From positions 129,134 through 190,674 of IMG/VR virus record IMGVR_UViG_3300032220_001761: a stretch of DNA of 61,541 nt. One strand, 5' to 3'. Positions 37,396-47,187 of the stretch are shown piece after piece. Position numbers and translations under genes: made by a program. The notes beneath the pieces are model-generated. The model did not search any database and was not told the DNA's origin. It saw only the letters and a list, made by a program, of their open reading frames with translations. The stretch's first letter is position 1. Each line of letters starts with the position of its first letter. The DNA is from a virus (lineage: Duplodnaviria > Heunggongvirae > Uroviricota > Caudoviricetes).

Positions 37396-38913
37396 TTATG
37401 TTGACTCTTTATCTCTGAATTTTAGATCCTCTAGTTCCGAAGAACTTAAGAAACTATCTAAATCATCCCAAAGATTTGATCCGTAAACATTCTTAAGTTT
37501 TTTCCAATCTGCATCAGATCTTATAACTTGGTTATATCTACTAATAACTGATTCCTCGTCTGAATTAGTCTTTTCCTTTTCGGTCTTAATAAATTTAGCA
37601 AGTCCTTTTATTTCTTCAGTGTTGTCGTCCACTTCTTCCGCACCATCCTGATTTTGTACAGCATCATCTGCTTGTAGATTAGCAGCGTCCTCCGCTTTAG
37701 CCTCTACATCAATAGGAGATATACCATTCATAGCGTTATTCATGACGTCGGCTGGGACATCATCCAATTGGATCAAGGCATAAATAAATTTACCCGCGTT
37801 CATTGATTCTTTTTCAGCCTTAGAGATAAATTCTTTAAATTCCTCATAATCTGCAAAAACCTGACACCCTGCTGACCAAGGACCTACACAAACACCAACC
37901 CCTTTAGTTGATGATCTGTGTATTTCCATTCCGCATGATTCATTATAAACATCTGATGGCTTATACGTTTCAAATTTTGTAACACCTATGGGATATCTTG
38001 CAACGTTAATTTTTTCACCTTCTACCATCATCTTATATTTCCCGTGTCCCAAAGTGTGTTCTTTTAAGAAGTATAAAGTGTCACCAGGAAGCTTTATCCC
38101 TGTTCCTTTAGGATTTAATGGGTCTTTACCATAAAATGCTAAACTAGGAACAGTTGTTATTTGATAAGGTAAAAATTTATCACCTAAAGTAATAGATCCG
38201 GCAGCTGTTCCAGTAGCACCAATAGCTGCTCCTGTAGATGCTCCTGTAGCTGCTCCTGTAGCTGGTGAGCCAACTCCTCTTTTTAATCTTGAAAAAACGT
38301 CGTCGTCATCTTCATACAATTTAGAAAAATCACTAAAAGATACTATTCTAGATTCGTTAGATCCCTTAGGAGCTAAAGGACCTTTAGGTCCTGTTGTATT
38401 TGCTGCTAGTAAATCGGATCCGCTTTTTGTTCCCCCTGGAATGAAGTATAAAGCATCTATAAATCTATCCTGATTTATGGATTCTTTTTTGATATCTAAT
38501 TTATTTCTTAATCCTACAATTAATGCCCTTTTTTCATCCAATTCTTTTATTGCCCTGCTATAGTTACCTACTTTTTTCTCGTTTAGATAATTTAAGATTA
38601 TTTTAAACGTATCAACTGATATAGGGGTTTTTTCAAATTTAAAAGGCTCGCTAGTTCCACATCCTTTATAAGGCAAAGAATCCTTTACCTCAGGGGTCAT
38701 TCTTATTTCCCCGTCTATTGATCCAGTAACTCCACTGACGTCACCAAAAAGACTCTTCACTAAGCTTGCAGCTATTCTTGATTTAGCTTCTCTCTCCGTT
38801 TCAGGTCTTGCTGGATCGGTACCTGTAGTTGTTGTTGTAGTGGATGATCCAGTTGCTGAATCAGTTTCGTCCTCGTTTATAAAATTTCTGAAAGAAAGTA
38901 AGGGTTTTCTCAT
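37396..38913 (-). CDS. putative virion-associated peptidoglycan peptidase (L,D-transpeptidase-like His/Cys)
   Basis: GMEIHRS...WSAGCQVF; MRKPLLSFRNFINE leader. Confidence 0.6.
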   Translation of the reverse strand: MRKPLLSFRNFINEDETDSATGSSTTTTTTGTDPARPETEREAKSRIAASLVKSLFGDVSGVTGSIDGEIRMTPEVKDSLPYKGCGTSEPFKFEKTPISVDTFKIILNYLNEKKVGNYSRAIKELDEKRALIVGLRNKLDIKKESINQDRFIDALYFIPGGTKSGSDLLAANTTGPKGPLAPKGSNESRIVSFSDFSKLYEDDDDVFSRLKRGVGSPATGAATGASTGAAIGATGTAAGSITLGDKFLPYQITTVPSLAFYGKDPLNPKGTGIKLPGDTLYFLKEHTLGHGKYKMMVEGEKINVARYPIGVTKFETYKPSDVYNESCGMEIHRSSTKGVGVCVGPWSAGCQVFADYEEFKEFISKAEKESMNAGKFIYALIQLDDVPADVMNNAMNGISPIDVEAKAEDAANLQADDAVQNQDGAEEVDDNTEEIKGLAKFIKTEKEKTNSDEESVISRYNQVIRSDADWKKLKNVYGSNLWDDLDSFLSSSELEDLKFRDKEST

Positions 38914-38917
38914 GTAC

Positions 38918-39253
38918 CTATATATCCTTCTTTGTCATCTTAATTATAAGAGAAAGAAGTACTGATAAAAATGATACTAAACCTGAACCGATGAATCCCC
39001 AAAGAAGAAAATCCAGACTTATTCTTAAGCCAAAAAATTCGGAGCTAATTGTGTTCAATCTTAAATCATTGAATACAAAATAAATGATTATTGAAGTCCA
39101 GAAAGAAGTGCATTGATAGCAATTCAGAAGTTCTCCCCAGAAGGGAGATTTAATTAATACCCAATCTCTAAGAGATGAAAATATTCTAGAAGAAACCAAT
39201 ATGTGTGTTAATCCCCACACACATGCTATATAAAAAAAGAAAGAAGTTATCAT
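38918..39253 (-). CDS. DUF1360-like membrane protein
   Basis: IFSSLR...[12 protein letters not shown] plus 3 hydrophobic segments. Confidence 0.7.
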   Translation of the reverse strand: MITSFFFYIACVWGLTHILVSSRIFSSLRDWVLIKSPFWGELLNCYQCTSFWTSIIIYFVFNDLRLNTISSEFFGLRISLDFLLWGFIGSGLVSFLSVLLSLIIKMTKKDI

Positions 39254-40284
39254 TGGAAAATTTTATTATCTTTTTGATCTTTTAGCCATTCTTTTTGATC
39301 TTCAGTAAGATCATTAGGAATTTTTACATTCAATTCTATTAGGAAATCTCCCTTTCCTCCGTATCCCATATTCGGTATACCTTTTTGACCAAATCTAAGA
39401 ACAGTTCCTGGTATTGTTCCTGGATCTACCACAGTAGTAACGGTCTCTCCCCCTGGCATTGTAACATCTATATTAGTTCCTAAAACTGCATCTATAAATG
39501 TTATTTCTCTAGTTGATATTAGATCTATTCCTTTTCTTATAAATACGGGATCTTGGTTCTCTTTTATCCTCACATAAAGATCTCCTGCTTTCCCTTGACC
39601 TTTAGAGTCATTACCCTTGCCTTCAATTACAAATTGCATTCCGTCAGAAGAACCTGCAGGTATTTTTATATCAACTACCTCCTCCTCTTTTTTTAACCCA
39701 GCACCATAGCAATATAGACAAGCTTCTAATACAACCTTTCCTGATCCTCCACATGCGTTACAAATCTGTACACTGTTTATCTGAACGAATCCCCTATTCT
39801 GATTAACCGTTAGATATCCGCTTCCATTACAATTACCACAATTTTGAAAAGATCTTCCCTCTTCTGCACCAGTACCAGAACAAGGTACACACTTCTTATC
39901 TCTCTTTATTTTTATTCTCTTCTCAATTCCGTTGAGTACGTCACTTAAATTTATATGTAGCGATATATTTAAAGAGCTTCCTTTTTGTGTAGGTTGAGGA
40001 TTTTTCCAGACATTATAATGATCATTAAAAGGATTATCCCATCTCATGTTACCAAAAAGATCATCAAACCTTCCCTTTGACATTCTATCGGAATCATATT
40101 TGCTTTTTTTGGAAGCATCACCTAATACCCCATAAGCTTCTGATATTAGTTTAAACTTTTCCTCTGCCTCCGGGGAGTTGTTCTTATCTGGGTGGTATTT
40201 TAAAGCGAGAGATCTATATGATTTTTTTATCGCTTCAGTATCTGCGTTTTCAGGTACTTCTAATATTTTGTAATAGTCTTTCAC
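39250..40284 (-). CDS. dnaJ: chaperone DnaJ (J-domain, Zn-finger, C-domain)
   Basis: DYYKIL..HPDKN; four CxxCxGxG. Confidence 0.95.
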   Translation of the reverse strand: MKDYYKILEVPENADTEAIKKSYRSLALKYHPDKNNSPEAEEKFKLISEAYGVLGDASKKSKYDSDRMSKGRFDDLFGNMRWDNPFNDHYNVWKNPQPTQKGSSLNISLHINLSDVLNGIEKRIKIKRDKKCVPCSGTGAEEGRSFQNCGNCNGSGYLTVNQNRGFVQINSVQICNACGGSGKVVLEACLYCYGAGLKKEEEVVDIKIPAGSSDGMQFVIEGKGNDSKGQGKAGDLYVRIKENQDPVFIRKGIDLISTREITFIDAVLGTNIDVTMPGGETVTTVVDPGTIPGTVLRFGQKGIPNMGYGGKGDFLIELNVKIPNDLTEDQKEWLKDQKDNKIFQ

Positions 40285-40419
40285 TTCTTGGTTATTTTTT
40301 TAAGGTAAGAAATCAAATCACCTAAGACTTTATTTATTTCTAGGAATATAACACTAAAGAAAACCAAAATCCCAAGAAAAAAGAATCCCATAATTATAAA
40401 GATGTTCTTTATAAAATTA

Positions 40420-40638
40420 TTAGTTTTCATCGTCTGGGTATTTTTTTGCTAGCGTATTAAGAAGCTTATTCAATTTGCTTCTTTGTAAAAGATCTGATTC
40501 TTTAAGTTTAATCTCTTCCAATTCCTTTTCTAAATCAGCTTGAGGATAATTATCCTTTATAGATTCTTTGATGGAACGTAGATAGATTTCATCATCCATA
40601 CTCCAGCTTGCTTTTGTTAAATCCATTTCTTCTGACAT
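40420..40638 (-). CDS. hypothetical protein
   Basis: 72 aa; GAAAT-N17-GTATAAT upstream. Confidence 0.65.
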   Translation of the reverse strand: MSEEMDLTKASWSMDDEIYLRSIKESIKDNYPQADLEKELEEIKLKESDLLQRSKLNKLLNTLAKKYPDDEN

Positions 40639-40703
40639 ATGTCTTTTTAGACATTATACATGGATTCTCCGCTATAATTTCATAATAATTTACGGGGAAG
40701 AGA

Positions 40704-41618
40704 TTAAATTGTCTGAAGATATTTTAGAAGGGCTAGATCTTTCATTTTAACCTCTAGCTCAATATCTATAGATTTCCCGTAAGTTTCTATTTTAGACCAG
40801 ATCCAATCTGAATGTGCAACCTCTTTAGAATTTGTATCCTCAAATATTTTTCTAGAGTCAGAGAAATGTGTAAGTGCAACTATACCGGAGGGCCAGGTAG
40901 AAATACAAAGATCTAATGCCTGTTCCTCATTTAATAAATCTGGGTTGCATTTATGATGCAGATAATCATAAGTGATAGGAATTCCGATCTTTTTATGCAG
41001 CATCTCGTAAAGATCAGTAGGTGTAAATTGGCTTTTTTTGTCATCATTTTCAACAACCAATCTAGATCTAACAGATTCATTTAACTGCGAGTATATCTTA
41101 CAAAATCTATCAGAAGATTCCTCTTTTGACGGTTTAGTAGTATTGATGTGGATATTTATTGGGTAATGATGACTTCTATCCAAACCCATTAAATCCATTA
41201 TCTGTGCGTGCTGATTAAGTTCCTTTATGGATTTTTTTACAACATCTTCTCTTTCCGATGCTATAACACAATAGGGAGATGGGTGAAAGCTTAATCTCTG
41301 ATCCAATGATTTTGCTTTATCTCCTGCAATTTTAAGGAGAGGATAGATTGTTTCATTGAACCCCGGTAGTTCTTCTATTTCATATTCAGAACACCAAGGA
41401 AACATATCTGAGCTCATCCTGTACATTTTAATCCCGGATGCTCCATTGAACTCTATTATCTTAATAAGACCCTCGAGGTTTTTTATAACTAACTCAGAAA
41501 CATAAGGTAATCCTTTTTCGAGAAAAGTTCTTTTAACCATTCCTCTATTTGTTGTAACTCCTTCACTCTCTAAAGAAAGGCAAAGACAACAATACCCCAT
41601 TCTGTTTTTGTAGATCAT
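40704..41618 (-). CDS. uvsE: UV-damage endonuclease
   Basis: MGYCC, YRMSSDMFP, RLSFHP, INIH, LVVENDD, DYLHH, AHSD, EVKMKD. Confidence 0.92.
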   Translation of the reverse strand: MIYKNRMGYCCLCLSLESEGVTTNRGMVKRTFLEKGLPYVSELVIKNLEGLIKIIEFNGASGIKMYRMSSDMFPWCSEYEIEELPGFNETIYPLLKIAGDKAKSLDQRLSFHPSPYCVIASEREDVVKKSIKELNQHAQIMDLMGLDRSHHYPINIHINTTKPSKEESSDRFCKIYSQLNESVRSRLVVENDDKKSQFTPTDLYEMLHKKIGIPITYDYLHHKCNPDLLNEEQALDLCISTWPSGIVALTHFSDSRKIFEDTNSKEVAHSDWIWSKIETYGKSIDIELEVKMKDLALLKYLQTI

Positions 41619-41632
41619 ACTACAAATGTAAA

Positions 41633-42379
41633 TTAAAATGTTTTAATAGACTGGATAATTTTGAATCTTTCTCTTGCATTGAGATCGTCTAGGTTATCCT
41701 TACCTGTTGCTCTTTTTATAATCTTCCTGAATTTTTCAGGATTAGATGTGATTCCAGATTTTTGAGCAAATTCTCTTACGTCCCTTCTAGATGGAACTAA
41801 ATCTATAATCCAAACCTTTATTGGTATATTGTATTGGAGTGCAAGATTTACAATTCTGTTTCCTGAGAAAAGATAATAGCTTGATTCCGCAGATGTTCTA
41901 GTTTCGCCGAAATTTATAAATCTAACTACTATCGGAGCAGGCAAATCTAAAGATCCTTTCTTTTTTAAATCATCTGATATTTTAACAAGAACGTCACCGT
42001 ATGCTTTTCCGTATGCTCCTGTAACTATATTGTCATACTCATAAGCCATTAAATTCTGTATACCGTTTACATTGAAGTTATCCTCTGAAACGATAGGTAG
42101 TGTTTCGTATCTACCTTTTTTAAATGGCTCAGAAATGTATTTATAGAATTTGGTCGATCTTGGTGAAACCTTACCAATATCCTTATTTCCTATAGTTATA
42201 TTGTGCTGATAAAATTCCAATTTAGCCTTATCATCATAGTGCTGAATCTCCTCCGCAAGGTCAGGCTTCTCCCAATTGATGGATAACTTACCAGTCGGAA
42301 TTTCCTTTGGCTTAATATCCTCAACATCAGCAGTTTTAACCTCCTGCTCAATAACAAAATCTTTTAGACGCAAAATCAT
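41633..42379 (-). CDS. hypothetical protein, possible ParB/Srx-like domain
   Basis: LPAPIVV...YYLFSGNR; GATATATA upstream. Confidence 0.6.
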   Translation of the reverse strand: MILRLKDFVIEQEVKTADVEDIKPKEIPTGKLSINWEKPDLAEEIQHYDDKAKLEFYQHNITIGNKDIGKVSPRSTKFYKYISEPFKKGRYETLPIVSEDNFNVNGIQNLMAYEYDNIVTGAYGKAYGDVLVKISDDLKKKGSLDLPAPIVVRFINFGETRTSAESSYYLFSGNRIVNLALQYNIPIKVWIIDLVPSRRDVREFAQKSGITSNPEKFRKIIKRATGKDNLDDLNARERFKIIQSIKTF

Positions 42380-42397
42380 TAAACTATATATCTTTTT

Positions 42398-44185
42398 CTA
42401 CTTTTGATTTGATAACCACTTCTTCCTAGATTCAGAAGAATCTCCAAAAGCCATTTCTAATTTATCTTTACTATCCGGACCATCCTCTATAGTGATCAGA
42501 GTTTTATCCTTCATAACCCATTCCCAATCATCTAAAGCTAATGACCCTAATCCTTTTAAATATCTTATATTACCTGAAGGCTTCGATGATCTGAAATCGT
42601 CCATGTCCCAAAAATATCTTCTTTTTTTACCATCACCAACTGACACTAGTGGAATCTTTAAAGAACTTAATCTTTTGTTTACAACCACGGTAGGAAACCA
42701 TTTATAGAAAAGATTTATCAATAGTGAAGTTATATGTGATCCGTCAGGATCAGGATCGGTAGCAATAACTATTCTCTTGTAGCCAACGATCTCAGAATTT
42801 CTTGCAGATGGATCCAGTCCTAATATGTGCATAAGTTCTAAGATCTCTTTGTTGTCAGATAGGTCACCCAGATTTTTACAATTCTTAATCTTTCCCTTTA
42901 AAGCATAAACCCCATCCTCCTTAGGATTTCTTTTCTGTAGGATTGACCCCATCGCAGAAAGTCCCTCCACTATAAAAAGATTTTCCGCTATAGATTTCTG
43001 AGCAGGGAAATATTTATGTGAATGTTTAAGATTTACCTTTCTCTTTTCAGCTCTTAGCTTTTTTACATACCCTTCGTTTTTTCTTTCCTCTACTTTTTTA
43101 AGTATTCTTTCGTATAAAGGTGTCTTAAAAAAGTTCTGTAATTTGGAACCAAACTTATTGGTTAAAAGTGATTCTATCTCCTCTCTGGTGGTAACGAATC
43201 TTGTCTTATTTTGGTCTCCAAATTTTACATATTTTGGAGGAAGGTTTAGAACTATTAGGCAATCATAAAAATGATGTCCTAATGTATCTTCTAGCTTTTC
43301 ATTTATGAAATCATTTACTATCTTCTGGTGTATACCGGTACATAAAGCGGAGTTAACAAAGCTAAGGGATCCTGATCCCTCGTACTTCTCCCAAATAGTT
43401 ATTTGTCCTATATCAGTATTGATTCTAAAAGAATCCTCAGAAACAAAAGACGGCTGAAGATCTATACCCTTTCCGTCCCAATTTAGTTCTATCTCAAGCT
43501 TTCCTAATACTGGATCTCTTTTAATGAGGTCATACTTTAATATCAAGATTGAAGACAAAACCTCTTTATCCCATTTAGAATATCCGAAAACTTCAGATAA
43601 AGGTATAAAGGCAACAGTAGTTCCTGATTTCATTCCAGGAGTTTTACTAGACTTTTGAGGCTCATTAGCTTCGTAATTTTTCCAATCTTGAAAATAGTAA
43701 AATTTATCGTTTATAGTCTCAATACTGAAGTATTTTGAAAGAACGTTGACTAGACTAACTCCCATGCCATTAGTTCCAACTAAAGACTCCTCAACATCGT
43801 CATTTTCAAAATTAGAACCAGCTCTCAATTGAGAAACTGCAGTTTCAATATTACTTTTTCCACTTGTTGAATTTATCTCAGTTCCCTTGTAGAATCCATT
43901 ACCTGTATCCTTTATTGAAACTGAATTCTTTGATGAATCTATGCTGATGGAGATCTTTTGCATCTTACCCCCCATCCTTTTAGCTTCGTCTAGTGAGTTT
44001 GAAAAAACCTCATCAAATAATTTATACATCCCTACAGAAATTGTTCTCTGTTCAACGTATAATTTTCCATCTTTTATAATAGGAACTTTTTCGTCTGTTG
44101 GTTTAACACTACCTACATATACTGTAGGTCTTAATAAAATGTGATCTCTCTCTGATAATACTTTAATTTCCTTCTTCGAAGACAT
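42398..44185 (-). CDS. type II DNA topoisomerase, GyrB/ParE-like subunit (GHKL plus TOPRIM)
   Basis: HILLRPTVYVGS, EVFSNSLD, GTNGMG, VEGLSA, DPDPDG, RYLKGLG. Confidence 0.92.
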   Translation of the reverse strand: MSSKKEIKVLSERDHILLRPTVYVGSVKPTDEKVPIIKDGKLYVEQRTISVGMYKLFDEVFSNSLDEAKRMGGKMQKISISIDSSKNSVSIKDTGNGFYKGTEINSTSGKSNIETAVSQLRAGSNFENDDVEESLVGTNGMGVSLVNVLSKYFSIETINDKFYYFQDWKNYEANEPQKSSKTPGMKSGTTVAFIPLSEVFGYSKWDKEVLSSILILKYDLIKRDPVLGKLEIELNWDGKGIDLQPSFVSEDSFRINTDIGQITIWEKYEGSGSLSFVNSALCTGIHQKIVNDFINEKLEDTLGHHFYDCLIVLNLPPKYVKFGDQNKTRFVTTREEIESLLTNKFGSKLQNFFKTPLYERILKKVEERKNEGYVKKLRAEKRKVNLKHSHKYFPAQKSIAENLFIVEGLSAMGSILQKRNPKEDGVYALKGKIKNCKNLGDLSDNKEILELMHILGLDPSARNSEIVGYKRIVIATDPDPDGSHITSLLINLFYKWFPTVVVNKRLSSLKIPLVSVGDGKKRRYFWDMDDFRSSKPSGNIRYLKGLGSLALDDWEWVMKDKTLITIEDGPDSKDKLEMAFGDSSESRKKWLSNQK

Positions 44186-44342
44186 TATCTATAGATTTTT
44201 TTAAAATTGAAATATACGTTCCATTATACCACCCAAAGACCTCATCATTAAATTCCCTTGTTATAATAAATAGATCCATATCAATCTGGCTGTCATGCCA
44301 GAGCAATTCATTAGAGAGTCTAATTTTTAAAAGCCTGGTCAT
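44163..44342 (-). CDS. small hypothetical protein, 59 aa
   Basis: Hand translation MTRLLKIRLSNELLWHDSQ...; GAAAC-N17 motif upstream. Confidence 0.55.
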   Translation of the reverse strand: MTRLLKIRLSNELLWHDSQIDMDLFIITREFNDEVFGWYNGTYISILKKSIDNVFEEGN

Positions 44343-44375
44343 AAAAATTTAAGAGAGGAATGAAGGAAAAGTTTC

Positions 44376-44741
44376 TTAAAAATGTCTGTATATCAATCCT
44401 TCGTTGATATTATTTTTTTTACAAGTACCACCTAAGAGCTCTATAACTAAGTCAGAAGACTCACACTCATATTTTTTACAGTCTTCTCCTTTACACGGAG
44501 GACAATTGTGGAAGATCTTTTTTATTTTTCCGCCTTCTAAAAATATGATATCCAACGGAATAACACATTCTCCCATGTGGAATGATCTGTCACCAGTCGC
44601 ATCAAAAAGAAAAAGCATCCCCTCATTTTCATGGAGATGCTCTCTTTTTGAAAGTCCTTCTAAGTGATCTCTACATTCTTCTAATAAAAAAGCATTATCG
44701 CCTATTTTTATTAAATGGAAATCTAAAAAATCATTATTCAT
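44376..44741 (-). CDS. DUF192 family protein
   Basis: GLSKRE..EGMLFLF..FHM..IPLDIIF..VIEL. Confidence 0.85.
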   Translation of the reverse strand: MNNDFLDFHLIKIGDNAFLLEECRDHLEGLSKREHLHENEGMLFLFDATGDRSFHMGECVIPLDIIFLEGGKIKKIFHNCPPCKGEDCKKYECESSDLVIELLGGTCKKNNINEGLIYRHF

Positions 44742-45253
44742 TACTTAACGAAAACTTCGTCGATCGTATCTGGATCTAATTCTACAACTATATTTTTTCT
44801 TCTTAAAGAATAAGGAACTCCAAGGATTACACCTTTAGTCATATCTATGTCTTTAACAACGAATTCAGAATCTACGAAGATGTTTTTTTCTTTCTCTTCG
44901 TAATCCATCTTTTTATATTCTCCTGTTTCTGGATCATATACATCATCCTCAATTTCTAGAGAATCGTCATCCATTTTGGATTCTTCCCCGTATCCAGACA
45001 TTCCCATTTCTTTATACATGTCTTTGACATATTGAGGAGCATTTTTACCTTGAGAAGGTATATCAGCAAGAACTGTTAATTCTGAAATAGAACCAGACAT
45101 AACTTGTCCTAATAGATCCTGTAATTCTGGAAGTAATCTATTTCTTTTTATTGTTCTTTCTGGGTTGAAGTTAGTCCCTCTGTATAAAGGAATCCCTGAC
45201 TCGTTAAGAGAAAATGATTCATTAACAAATTGTTCAAATCTTAAGATATTCAT
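44741..45253 (-). CDS. putative virion-internal protein
   Basis: MNILRFEQFVNESFSLNE leader; GATATATA upstream. Confidence 0.7.
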   Translation of the reverse strand: MNILRFEQFVNESFSLNESGIPLYRGTNFNPERTIKRNRLLPELQDLLGQVMSGSISELTVLADIPSQGKNAPQYVKDMYKEMGMSGYGEESKMDDDSLEIEDDVYDPETGEYKKMDYEEKEKNIFVDSEFVVKDIDMTKGVILGVPYSLRRKNIVVELDPDTIDEVFVK

Positions 45254-45280
45254 TTTATAGCTTTTTATGCTATATATATC

Positions 45281-46510
45281 TTAAGCTTCTGTAACTTCCT
45301 CTTTTACTTGATCGTTAACTTCCGATTCTGGATTTAGTGCTTTAGTATAAAAATCCATGTTCTTCATCACTCTATCTTTCTCCATTGGCGGGAGTGTGTT
45401 AAATACAGAGGATTTGATTATGATCTCAGTTGTATTATAAGCTTCCTGTGCATTTCCGTTATAGTAAGCCAACACTGAATATTCATCAGGCATTCTCCAT
45501 TTCCAGATATCATCCTCAACAAATAGAATATCTGAGCAAGGACCAGTTTTCATACCGATACTAGATAAAGCAAAAGCTAAAGCATATCTTTTCTTAGATC
45601 CTAGGAATTTGATAAGATGGTATAAAGCTTCTAATCTATTAGGTCTGTATTCCCAAGCCTGTAGATATGCGTCGATAATCTCATTATCAGGCTTACCCAT
45701 AGATTGTTTTTGTCTAGCGATCCAATATTTAGAAATATAAACTTCTTCCGCCCATCCTCCAAGATCGCTTCTTCTTTGGTAAGCTTCTATAGATCTTTCA
45801 AACATTCCAGCATCTCTGTAACTTTGTGCTTGATAGAAAACGTATCTTCTTTCCAAATCAATCGGAAGATCTTCTTTTGGTGTAGTAATAAGAGCTCTTT
45901 CGAAAGTTAAAGCATCATTGTGATATTTTTCCTTTCCTTTAATATCTCTATTATGACCAGAAACAGAAGCGTGCATTTCTGTATACTCTAAAAATTCTTC
46001 TTCTATCCTTACATCTGTTGGGCCAGAAATGTACTCATGCAGAACCCCAACATATTTCCAATCTTGATCACCTCTAACTAATTGAGTTCTATAATAAGCT
46101 AGTGAGTTTAATCTGATTTTAATTTTATAAGAATCCTTGGTAAGATCAAGGAAAGGATTTTTTCCTTCCTCAACAACTAAAACGTCGTCTGCATCTATTA
46201 CCAATCTGTAATCAGATTTACCTTTAGAGTATTGCAAACTTTCAGTTCTATTATGACCGAAATCTACCCAAGGTCTTTCGTGTAATTCCCCTGGTATATT
46301 GTATTCAGCCATTATATCCTTAATTAACTGCTGAGTACCGTCAGTTGATCCAGTATCAACTATAACCCAATGATTGATGTAATCTCTAACGGAATCTATA
46401 CATCTTCTGATGACATTAGATTCATTTTTTACGATCATTACAAGGCATATTGAAGGCCTTTCCTGTTTAACAGATTCATTAATTACTTCTGTGCTTTTAC
46501 TGCGAGCCAT
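45281..46510 (-). CDS. GT2 glycosyltransferase with TPR-like C-terminus
   Basis: MIVKNE, VDTGSTDGT, IDADD, GVLHE. Confidence 0.88.
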   Translation of the reverse strand: MARSKSTEVINESVKQERPSICLVMIVKNESNVIRRCIDSVRDYINHWVIVDTGSTDGTQQLIKDIMAEYNIPGELHERPWVDFGHNRTESLQYSKGKSDYRLVIDADDVLVVEEGKNPFLDLTKDSYKIKIRLNSLAYYRTQLVRGDQDWKYVGVLHEYISGPTDVRIEEEFLEYTEMHASVSGHNRDIKGKEKYHNDALTFERALITTPKEDLPIDLERRYVFYQAQSYRDAGMFERSIEAYQRRSDLGGWAEEVYISKYWIARQKQSMGKPDNEIIDAYLQAWEYRPNRLEALYHLIKFLGSKKRYALAFALSSIGMKTGPCSDILFVEDDIWKWRMPDEYSVLAYYNGNAQEAYNTTEIIIKSSVFNTLPPMEKDRVMKNMDFYTKALNPESEVNDQVKEEVTEA

Positions 46511-46545
46511 ATTTTGTATTTTAAAATTATAGATTAGTTGATTGA

Positions 46546-47178
46546 TTAAATTTCATCAAGATTGGAAAGGATTTCCTGTGTGATCTCTTCTAGATTATTT
46601 TCTCCGTTTACTTCTTTGAAGGTCTTATATTTCTTCATACTTTTTATCATAGGAAGAGTTTGATCGTTATATTCCTCCATTCTCACTTTGAAAACTTCTG
46701 GATCCTTATCATCAGATCTACCAGAAGTCTTTCCTCTTTCCTTAATTCTTTCCTTAAGGATTTTTTCAGGAACGGCTAGATAGAAAATATTGGATATCTC
46801 TAAATTATTATTATCTAATATTTTTTCCAATATTGATTTCTGTGCTAAATTTCTAGGATATCCATCGAATATAAATCCCTTTGAACCTTTATTTTTTTTA
46901 AGGAAAGATTCAAGTTCTTTTCCAACTAGATCGTCGGGAAGTAATTTTCCGGTCTTCATTAATTCTTTAATCTCAAGATCCTTAGATTTTCTAAGAATAT
47001 CTCCAGTAGAAACATGAATGTATCCCATTTTATCCGAGAGCATCTCAGATTGGGTTCCTTTACCGCATCCAGGAGGTCCAACAAAAATAACCACAGGAGC
47101 GGATAATCCACTACCTATATTTCCGTAATTTTTTTTAAATTTTTGGAAATTTTCAATGTGCTTAGGATTGTTTTTCAT
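46546..47178 (-). CDS. adk: adenylate kinase (short LID type) with N-terminal extension
   Basis: GPPGCGKGT, STGDILR, FDGYPR, GRSDD. Confidence 0.92.
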   Translation of the reverse strand: MKNNPKHIENFQKFKKNYGNIGSGLSAPVVIFVGPPGCGKGTQSEMLSDKMGYIHVSTGDILRKSKDLEIKELMKTGKLLPDDLVGKELESFLKKNKGSKGFIFDGYPRNLAQKSILEKILDNNNLEISNIFYLAVPEKILKERIKERGKTSGRSDDKDPEVFKVRMEEYNDQTLPMIKSMKKYKTFKEVNGENNLEEITQEILSNLDEI

Positions 47179-47187
47179 TTTCTTTAA

